Assembly (NCBI GenBank): GCA_023267435.1 | Contig: JAHFNH010000003.1 | Coordinates: 12,717 to 76,716, forward strand | Source: Candidatus Nomurabacteria bacterium | Lineage (GTDB): Bacteria > Patescibacteriota > Minisyncoccia > Phycocordibacterales > UBA9973 | Reading direction: 5' to 3' | DNA: 64,000 nt | Part shown: piece by piece, positions 38,476 to 45,724 of the stretch | How positions within the stretch are numbered: position 1 is the stretch's first letter | How the letters are laid out: each line of letters starts with the position of its first letter | The notes under the pieces: generated by a model | Told to the model about the DNA's origin: nothing | Seen by the model: the letters and a program-made list of their open reading frames with translations, nothing else | The model's database searches: none | Program-made: the position numbers and the translations under genes

Positions 38476-39117
38476 TTATTGTTTTGCTTGTGTTAATGCA
38501 TAAGCCAATGATTGCATGAATGCATCGCTAGTATATGTCGCACCGGAGACTCCGTTAATATTCGCAGACTGTGCAGAAATGGCTTCTTGTTTTAAGACAG
38601 GCATTGAATAATCATATATCTGCTGCGATCTTCTTGGACCTGGTTCAGTGGATGGATATGTAATGTTGGAAAGTTTTCCATTTGATATTATGGCTGTAAC
38701 TTTTACATAACCGGAATACGCATATTCATTGCTGCCAACGTAAGTTCCATCTGCATAAAGACCCTTAGGCTTAGTCACAGGTGGTGTCGTAGTAGGAGTA
38801 GTTTGAGTTGTAGGTTTTGTGGTTGGTGTGGTTGTCGGTTTAGTATTTGTTTTTGGAGTAGTTTTAGTTGGAGGAATAAAATCACCTTCTTCGTCAAATG
38901 GATTACTATCTTCATCACCTCCTGAAATACTATTAGGTACCTGATATACCTGAGTGCTGGAAGATGTTGTATTTAAAGCATCTGTCGTAGTCTTCTTTCC
39001 CACTTCAGTGACAGGAACATAAGGAGCCACGTAACTCAAACTACCATTGGGGCCGTAATAAACGACATACAACGCGAAACTTCCTATAACAAAAGATGAT
39101 AGTAAAAACTTTTTCAT
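38476..39117 (-). CDS. membrane-anchored extracytoplasmic FMN-binding domain protein (predicted ApbE substrate)
   Basis: N-terminal TM, Thr/Pro-rich linker, and an FMN_bind domain with GVSGATYTS, the flavinylation [S/T]GA[S/T] motif. Confidence 0.75.
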   Translation of the reverse strand: MKKFLLSSFVIGSFALYVVYYGPNGSLSYVAPYVPVTEVGKKTTTDALNTTSSSTQVYQVPNSISGGDEDSNPFDEEGDFIPPTKTTPKTNTKPTTTPTTKPTTQTTPTTTPPVTKPKGLYADGTYVGSNEYAYSGYVKVTAIISNGKLSNITYPSTEPGPRRSQQIYDYSMPVLKQEAISAQSANINGVSGATYTSDAFMQSLAYALTQAKQ

Positions 39118-39212
39118 TGTTTAAAATTTAATATAAAACTTATACCTATATTTTATCATACTACATACGCTGAATGAAGTTTTCATGAAGCAATATTCAG
39201 TTACAAATATTC

Positions 39213-39677
39213 TTAAGAAACAGTAATCCCCTCCTCTTTTAGAGTCTTTTCTATGCGAAAAATAAGAAAACCAATTCTGCCCAACATTATTCCAGCAATA
39301 AGACTCGAGGTGAAAGCGGTCAATAATACTCCACGAAACCAATGTTCTAAAATTCTTTCTCTAAATAATGTAAAAAGAAGATAAGGCAATAAAAAAGAGA
39401 CGCCCATTTTATCCATGCGAGAAACAACTTTTTTATTTTCTGGATGCCAATGAACAGAAGAAATTCGTCCTGTTGCGATGCCTATGCCAATACCAATTAA
39501 AAATCCTACACTAGCCAAAAATATACCGATCTCATTTTCAAAAACGTTGTAAGAAATAAGAGAAATCATAACAAAAAAAATAACAGCAAAATAAGCTAAT
39601 CTTATTTTCAGATCCCTGTGTAAATGCCTTCGAGCTATGTTATGATGTTTTTTAATTTTTTTAAATAATACTTTCAT
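39213..39677 (-). CDS. small polytopic membrane protein
   Basis: 154 aa with 3-4 TM helices. Confidence 0.45.
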   Translation of the reverse strand: MKVLFKKIKKHHNIARRHLHRDLKIRLAYFAVIFFVMISLISYNVFENEIGIFLASVGFLIGIGIGIATGRISSVHWHPENKKVVSRMDKMGVSFLLPYLLFTLFRERILEHWFRGVLLTAFTSSLIAGIMLGRIGFLIFRIEKTLKEEGITVS

Positions 39678-40851
39678 TTTTTTTAATCATTCTAGGTTGC
39701 AGAAAAATAAAGACACACAATGCGACAAGTGTCGTTATTACCGCGAAACCGAAAGCATAAGTTGGATGCAACAACCACAATGCTCCGGCAATTACTGAAG
39801 CCGGCAAATATATCAAACCATTTACAAAATTCAACATTCCTATCGCTGTCGCTCTTCTGTCTTTTTCTAAGTCAGTCACAAATGCTTTGCTTTGTGCTTC
39901 ATCGATACTGTAAAAAATTCCAAACAATATAAATAAAGCTATTACTTCCCATTTATGCGTCGCAAACACAAAACCTAGTGACATCAAAGCGTATATGATA
40001 TAACCCAGTATAATTATATACTTTCTGCCAATAAAGTCCCCCAGCTTGCCTATCGGAGCTGAAACAATAACGAAACTAATATTAAATAATGCGTAAAGCA
40101 AAACTACATCCTTAATCGCAAAACCGAGAGTATAGGCTCGAAGTAAAAGAAAACCGAAACTAAAATATGCTAGAGAAAAAATTCCAGCTGGAATAAGATA
40201 GAATTTAAATTCCTTACTCAATGTCCCCCATGCTTTAAAAATATTTTCTCTCTCGTGCGGTGTGCCGGGATGATCATCCATTAATGAAAGAATAATAACA
40301 GCAATCACTGCCGAAATAGCCGCCATAATAAAAAGAATACGAAAAGCGTGCATATTCGTGCCGAAGTGATTTAATAAAAGATAAGCAACAATCGGACCTA
40401 GTATTGCTCCTGATTTGTCTAGTGCTTTATGCACACCGAAAGCGTATCCCCTATTGGATTCTTCGGCGACAGAAGAAAGCCAAGCATCTCTCGGTGGACC
40501 ACGGAAACTTTTTCCTAAACGTTCAATAATTCTAAACGAAGCAACAGCTGAAACTGAAGTAATGACGAGTAATAATATTTTTGCTAAAGTTGAAAAACCG
40601 TAACCGAGAATGGTTAAAGGTTTTCTTTTGCCAGACCTATCAGAAAGCCAACCAGCAAAATAATCCAATGATGATGCAAAAAAATCTGAAAAACCTTCCA
40701 CAAGGCCAAGCAATGCCGAAGAAGCACCGAGTACTACTGTAAAAAATATCGAGAATACTGAAAAAATAGCCTCTGAACTGACATCAGTAAAAAAGCTGAC
40801 AATACCAAGCTTCAATACATCCGGGTGAACATTAAATAATCTTTTTTTCAT
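39661..40851 (-). CDS. MFS transporter
   Basis: 396 aa with 12 predicted TM helices. MFS motif A-like GWLSDRSGKRKP. Confidence 0.8.
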   Translation of the reverse strand: MKKRLFNVHPDVLKLGIVSFFTDVSSEAIFSVFSIFFTVVLGASSALLGLVEGFSDFFASSLDYFAGWLSDRSGKRKPLTILGYGFSTLAKILLLVITSVSAVASFRIIERLGKSFRGPPRDAWLSSVAEESNRGYAFGVHKALDKSGAILGPIVAYLLLNHFGTNMHAFRILFIMAAISAVIAVIILSLMDDHPGTPHERENIFKAWGTLSKEFKFYLIPAGIFSLAYFSFGFLLLRAYTLGFAIKDVVLLYALFNISFVIVSAPIGKLGDFIGRKYIIILGYIIYALMSLGFVFATHKWEVIALFILFGIFYSIDEAQSKAFVTDLEKDRRATAIGMLNFVNGLIYLPASVIAGALWLLHPTYAFGFAVITTLVALCVFIFLQPRMIKKNESII

Positions 40852-40866
40852 GCTGTTCTAAATTAA

Positions 40867-42057
40867 TTACAGATTAGATATTCGTTCACCGAATTTCAAA
40901 CTATATGCTTTGTTTTGGTATCTCTTAGTAATTACGTAATTCATAAGCCAAGTTATACAAAACAAAATAGCAAAATATATTGCCCCTGCTTTACTTATTC
41001 GAGGTAGATTATTTGCAGACAAATAACCTAATATTCCTGAAATAACTCCAATACTTGTAATTGTTTGCAAAGTTTTTAAATTGTTGCTTGTGCTTTGATT
41101 TTTTATTTCCACCAGATTGCTGATCGCGGAAGAAAGATAATCAGCAGTCATTTTCCAAATCTCCTTGATATAAGAAAGAGTATCTGTCAGCGTTTCAAAC
41201 TTATATTCAAAAAGAGCCACTAATTCTTTTTCAATTTCAAGATGCTTGGCAATAGAAGAACGCGTACTAATATAAGAATTCATTTGATTGATTCTGTTGC
41301 TGATAAGGCTGATTGTCTTTTGATATCCATCAAGCTTGCCTCTTATATCATCTACATCTTTTCCTTTAATATTTTTTGCTTCTTTTATGCCGGAAATCTC
41401 TTCCCAAATTGTTCTATGGATATGTAAATATTTCTCAAGCTGATCTTTGAATTCTCGAAAGAAAATCTGCATCTCAATTAGATCATTCAAGTATTTGCCA
41501 GCTTCTTTCGGAGCGGAAATAAAGATATATTGCGGAGTTTTATAAACAGTTATGCCACCGCTTGAAATTTTGGTATAAATTTCGCCAAACAAAGATTCAT
41601 CTAAAACAAAATCTTTATCTTTTTCATTTAAAAAAGAAACTGCGACAGGATGGTCTGTCTTTATGTTTGCCAGTACCTTTGGAGTCGGAGCACCGAGAGA
41701 AAAAATATATGAAATTGCCGGACTAAGTTTTTCCTGAAAATATTTCTCCAGCATATCTTGGGCAGCAGAAATATTTTCAGAAAAAATTTCTAAAATATAA
41801 AGCCCATCTTCATAATATCGAATCTCTATTCCAGAAGATGTTATTGCTTTTATATATTCAAAATATCCGGATTCGCGGGAAACACTGGTCAGATCAAGAT
41901 TTTTCTGAATTTTTTTTAATTCTTCCTTTGATAAATTTAAATTTGAAGTACCATGCATGAACAAACTGTATATCTCGCTTAAATGCAAAGTTGTCCGTTG
42001 ATACCAACCTCCATAAGTTACCTTGTATTTATTTTTTGAAACAGCTTTTGTTTTCAT
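40867..42057 (-). CDS. hypothetical protein with a long cytoplasmic coiled-coil-rich domain and two C-terminal TM helices (CorA-like topology, but no GMN motif)
   Basis: 396 aa. The C-terminus has IGVISGILGYLS and AIYFAILFCITWLMNYV. Confidence 0.45.
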   Translation of the reverse strand: MKTKAVSKNKYKVTYGGWYQRTTLHLSEIYSLFMHGTSNLNLSKEELKKIQKNLDLTSVSRESGYFEYIKAITSSGIEIRYYEDGLYILEIFSENISAAQDMLEKYFQEKLSPAISYIFSLGAPTPKVLANIKTDHPVAVSFLNEKDKDFVLDESLFGEIYTKISSGGITVYKTPQYIFISAPKEAGKYLNDLIEMQIFFREFKDQLEKYLHIHRTIWEEISGIKEAKNIKGKDVDDIRGKLDGYQKTISLISNRINQMNSYISTRSSIAKHLEIEKELVALFEYKFETLTDTLSYIKEIWKMTADYLSSAISNLVEIKNQSTSNNLKTLQTITSIGVISGILGYLSANNLPRISKAGAIYFAILFCITWLMNYVITKRYQNKAYSLKFGERISNL

Positions 42058-42080
42058 AAATTTATTATAACATAAAACTT

Positions 42081-42458
42081 TTATTCAATTCTTAAGAAGA
42101 AACCGTCACAATTTATATCTTTACAATTACATAATATTTTAATACCTTCGATTTCTGTCAGATTATAATTCACTGTAATTTCTTCTCCCTCTTTTATTTC
42201 CTTAACAGATTTTAAAAATGGCTCTATTTCATTGGTAATTAATTGTGCATTAGGATTACACGAATGATTAATCCAATTCAAAACATTTGGGTCATTTACC
42301 CATCCTAATCTCCCAATCTTTGCCCAATGTGGTTGTGGTTGATATGAAATGTCACTAATGGGAATAAAATAAAATTTCTCATCTTCATTTATTTCTTTTT
42401 CAGAAAAAACACCACTACCTTGTATTTTAGATGGTCTAATTTTTAGAAATTGATGCAT
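42081..42458 (-). CDS. SET-domain protein (putative protein lysine methyltransferase)
   Basis: GSGVFS, NHSCNPN, EEITVNY and the post-SET Cys cluster CNCKDINCDG. Confidence 0.7.
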   Translation of the reverse strand: MHQFLKIRPSKIQGSGVFSEKEINEDEKFYFIPISDISYQPQPHWAKIGRLGWVNDPNVLNWINHSCNPNAQLITNEIEPFLKSVKEIKEGEEITVNYNLTEIEGIKILCNCKDINCDGFFLRIE

Positions 42459-43104
42459 ATTTATTTAAAGTTTCTTTAATAAGCAAATCAAAAGTATCTA
42501 TCTTTTTAATATCTTTCCAATCATTAAGGATTAGTGAAAGCTCAGTGCATGCAACTAAAATATATTCCGCTTGATTATAATATTTGTCTATCAAAGATAC
42601 TAACCAGACTTTTTGTTCTTGGCTTATATTTCCTGCATTATATTGATTAATAATCTCCCCCATTTTTTGTTTTTCTGTTGATTGAAGTTGTATGATTTTA
42701 TCACCACTCAAATCAAAAAGTTTTTCTTCAATAGAATTTGGGCTAGCTAAGAAAAGAATCCTATTCTCTCCCAACCGATTTTTTACATTTGAACTTATAT
42801 CTAAAATAGGCTTGTTAATCTTAGTATTAAAATAATTCAGATAAATAAATGCTGTATTGCAAACCACAACAATAAAATCACTCTCTTTTTCTAAAAATTT
42901 TATGCCTTCAATATATACACCCAATTTCTGTTCATTTTCTCCTGAAGTTAATTCAGGTGCTGGAATACTATTTATTATAATTCTTGGAAATTCAATATTA
43001 TTTACTGGATGAAACTTTTCCTTGAAAGAAGAAATGAATTTTTCATAGAAAACAGCAGATGATTCAGGTCCAATACCTCCAAGAATTCCTATTGTTTTAG
43101 ACAT
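42436..43104 (-). CDS. Asp/Glu racemase family protein
   Basis: MSKTIGILGGIGPESSAVFYEK...VVVCNTA are typical aspartate racemase motifs. Confidence 0.75.
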   Translation of the reverse strand: MSKTIGILGGIGPESSAVFYEKFISSFKEKFHPVNNIEFPRIIINSIPAPELTSGENEQKLGVYIEGIKFLEKESDFIVVVCNTAFIYLNYFNTKINKPILDISSNVKNRLGENRILFLASPNSIEEKLFDLSGDKIIQLQSTEKQKMGEIINQYNAGNISQEQKVWLVSLIDKYYNQAEYILVACTELSLILNDWKDIKKIDTFDLLIKETLNKYASISKN

Positions 43105-43162
43105 AAAGAAATTATACCAATATAGAATTAAAAAGTCCTTGTGTTAAATACATAGGAGTTTC

Positions 43163-43489
43163 CTATGTATTCTTGCGGAAGCCTTGCTTCCGCAAAATAT
43201 AAACCTCAATCAAGGTAGCCACAATCATAAATACAAGAATCATCCAAATTAATTCCTCTATAACGCTTGGACCCAATATTGGACCAAAAGTTTTCACATA
43301 ATTCATTGACCAAGCTCCTAACATGACTGCTCTTATATCAATAATAAAAAATAACAATCCGCCCAATGCTCCAGAAATAAGAATAAATTTCCAATGGGCA
43401 AAAATAACTTTTCTAAACAAAATAAACCATAAAATAATAACTGGAGTAAAAAACAAAGCGTCTAAAATAAAATATGTCCATTTATCCAT
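43163..43489 (-). CDS. lycopene cyclase domain (CrtYcd-like) small membrane protein
   Basis: 108 aa, 3 TM, with a PxxEE motif (GPSVIEELIWMILVF). Confidence 0.55.
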   Translation of the reverse strand: MDKWTYFILDALFFTPVIILWFILFRKVIFAHWKFILISGALGGLLFFIIDIRAVMLGAWSMNYVKTFGPILGPSVIEELIWMILVFMIVATLIEVYILRKQGFRKNT

Positions 43490-43793
43490 AAATTTTTCTT
43501 CGTAATAACAAAAGAATAATTACGACCTCTTGGGGAAAAGTAAACAATATTAAATATTCTTCCAAAGGTAATCCAAACAAAGAATATCCGAGCGTGTTTT
43601 TATAATACCAAATATGCCAAAATACACTGCCAACAATATCAAAAAAGAAACCCCATAAAAATGCACCGATGGTTATAAAAATAATAAGTTTCCAATATTT
43701 TTTTAAATACTGAAAATTAAATATCCAAAGAATTACAGATGGGATAAAAACAAAAATTGTGAGCCAAGCTAAATAAGGATAATTAAATGACAT
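43482..43793 (-). CDS. lycopene cyclase domain (CrtYcd-like) small membrane protein, second of a pair
   Basis: 103 aa, 3 TM, with GLPLEEYLILFTFP. It overlaps the upstream partner by 8 nt. Confidence 0.55.
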   Translation of the reverse strand: MSFNYPYLAWLTIFVFIPSVILWIFNFQYLKKYWKLIIFITIGAFLWGFFFDIVGSVFWHIWYYKNTLGYSLFGLPLEEYLILFTFPQEVVIILLLLRRKIYG

Positions 43794-43802
43794 AATGTTT
43801 TA

Positions 43803-44483
43803 TTATTTACTCTTTTGCTTCCATTCTTCTATTTTCTTATGATCTCCGGAAAGTAAAACTTTGGGAACTTTATATTTTTTTCCTTTGAATTCTAAAACTT
43901 CCGGACGAGTATAAAACTCACTCGATGAAATGCGATTTTCTTCTAGTGACTCAATTTTGCCTAAAACTCCCGGAATCTGGCGAGACATACAATCAACTAA
44001 AATCATCGCAGGTAGTTCACCGCCAGTCAAAACATAATCCCCTATGGAAATATCTTCTGCTTTAAAAATTTTGTTTACTCGCGCATCAATGCCTTCATAA
44101 CGGCCAGAAATTAAAATAATGTCAGTGTATTTTTTGACAGAATTTTTCGCATAAGCTGTGTCGAACTTTTTGCCTGATGGGCAGAAATTTATTATTTTAA
44201 CTTTCGCTTTTTTATTTCTTTTAATTTTTATGAGAGCTTTATCAATAGCTTTCAGTATAGGCTCAGCGCGCATAACCATCCCTGGTCCACCGCCATAAGG
44301 TCGGTCATCTACCGGTCGGTAATTATTCTTAGGCGCTTTGATAAAATCGCGAGGATTGTAAAAAGAGACACTAACAAGCTTATTTTTAATAGCCCGCCCA
44401 ACAATAGACTCATTCAAATATGAATCAAAGATATAGGGAAAGATTGTAATTACATGAAAGCGCATAAACGCATAATACCACAA
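43803..44483 (-). CDS. trmD: tRNA (guanine37-N1)-methyltransferase
   Basis: FHVITIFPYIFDSYLNESIVGRA...PYGGGPGMVM...ISIGDYVLTGGELPAMILVD are the TrmD SPOUT motifs. Confidence 0.9.
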   Translation of the reverse strand: MWYYAFMRFHVITIFPYIFDSYLNESIVGRAIKNKLVSVSFYNPRDFIKAPKNNYRPVDDRPYGGGPGMVMRAEPILKAIDKALIKIKRNKKAKVKIINFCPSGKKFDTAYAKNSVKKYTDIILISGRYEGIDARVNKIFKAEDISIGDYVLTGGELPAMILVDCMSRQIPGVLGKIESLEENRISSSEFYTRPEVLEFKGKKYKVPKVLLSGDHKKIEEWKQKSK

Positions 44484-44532
44484 ACAAAAACACCCCGCAT
44501 GCGGAGTGCTTTTTAAAGTTCAATATATTCTT

Positions 44533-44799
44533 TTACTTCTCATTAACAGGACCAAACCATCCCTCTTTACCAATTAACTTCCCTGCTTCACCCTGACCAA
44601 TTTCGTATTTATCCATTAGAAACCTCATTTTTGCAGAAGCACTTATACGATTTTCCTTTCCAGTATCAAATAAATCAGAAGTTTTTTTCATAAATTCTAT
44701 AGCTTGTTCTTTACTAGTTATAGATTGAATCTCGGGGTCTTTAGAAAGAGAAGTCTTGTCTATTGGTGACTTATAAACATATGGTTTTTCTTGTGACAT
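44533..44799 (-). CDS. hypothetical protein
   Basis: 88-aa ORF between KH and trmD, in the position usually held by rimM. There is no PRC-barrel-like sequence. Confidence 0.45.
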   Translation of the reverse strand: MSQEKPYVYKSPIDKTSLSKDPEIQSITSKEQAIEFMKKTSDLFDTGKENRISASAKMRFLMDKYEIGQGEAGKLIGKEGWFGPVNEK

Positions 44800-44865
44800 A
44801 ATTTTGTAAATTTATTATAATAATGTTTCAATTATACTCTTTTTACAAACAACCGTCAACAACAA

Positions 44866-44901
44866 AACAGCCCCGTCGCCTAAGGCGACGGGGCTGTTTT
44901 T
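44866..44901. terminator. bidirectional intrinsic terminator
   Basis: AAAACAGCCCCGTCGCCtaaGGCGACGGGGCTGTTTTT. Confidence 0.85.
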
Positions 44902-44910
44902 AATTACGAT

Positions 44911-45231
44911 TTATATTCCTTTCAAGTCTTCCATAGCTTGGTCAACAGTTTTTGTTGAACTTGAGCTTGGAGCTGGTCTGGTACTTCCTTCTGGTTCGTT
45001 GATCTTTAAGTTCACGCGAGCGTTATTCTTCATTCCGATAACTCTTAGAAGAGTGCGGATAGCTTTTGCAGTGTTTCCCATTCTTCCGATGATCTTGCCC
45101 ATGTCGGCAGGATTTACAGTAAGACTGATAAGTACACCCATTTCATCGACAGTGCGATCGAGTTTTACATCGTTCGGATTATCAACTAAAGCCTTTACTA
45201 CGTATTCTAAAAATGCTTTGTCAGCGTCCAT
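44911..45231 (-). CDS. KH-domain RNA-binding protein (KhpA/YlqC-like, UPF0109)
   Basis: VDEMGVLISLTVNPADMGKIIGRMGNTAKAIRTLL contains the KH GxxG motif. It lies downstream of rpsP. Confidence 0.8.
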   Translation of the reverse strand: MDADKAFLEYVVKALVDNPNDVKLDRTVDEMGVLISLTVNPADMGKIIGRMGNTAKAIRTLLRVIGMKNNARVNLKINEPEGSTRPAPSSSSTKTVDQAMEDLKGI

Positions 45232-45327
45232 AATATTCTGATATCAACTATTTTTAATATTGCAGTGTTCCCGACTAAAAGAAACTGCTTCAACAATTAT
45301 ATACAACCTGCCTGTAGCAAGCAAGTA

Positions 45328-45633
45328 TTATTTCTTCTTTAATTCCTTTCTCTTAACAGTAGGAGTCTTCTTAGGCAAAACATTTTTCTTCTTGCCTTCG
45401 ATGACTTTCTGGTGCACTAAGAAATTGTGCAGTGTATCAGAAAGCTGTGCTCCTTTTGACATCCAGTACTTGATTCTATCAGCCTTGAAATTTGTCTCTC
45501 CGGCTTTAGGATTGTAAGTACCGACGATTTCCAAGAACTTTCCGCTCTTGGTACTGTTCTTTGAGTCAGTCAAAACTGCCCGAAAAGCTGGGTCGTTCTT
45601 TCTGCCTATTCTCTGTAATCTTATTTTTAACAT
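45328..45633 (-). CDS. rpsP: 30S ribosomal protein S16
   Basis: MLKIRLQRIGRKNDPAFRAV...VGTYNP. Confidence 0.92.
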   Translation of the reverse strand: MLKIRLQRIGRKNDPAFRAVLTDSKNSTKSGKFLEIVGTYNPKAGETNFKADRIKYWMSKGAQLSDTLHNFLVHQKVIEGKKKNVLPKKTPTVKRKELKKK

Positions 45634-45724
45634 AAAAACAGTCTATCATGATTTATAAAAAATGCAAACAAAAGCTCCTGAATATGCTATATTAAAAGAA
45701 TAAATACAAAAAATACACATTTTT

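Noticed and set aside
39121-39342. 73-aa ORF on the minus strand.
   Set aside because: It overlaps the better-supported membrane protein ORF 39213-39677 in another frame. It is low-complexity and most likely spurious.
40867-42057. CorA-type Mg2+ transporter call for the 396-aa protein.
   Set aside because: The topology fits, with a large cytoplasmic domain and two C-terminal TM helices. The diagnostic GMN motif at the end of the first TM is absent, so I left it as hypothetical.
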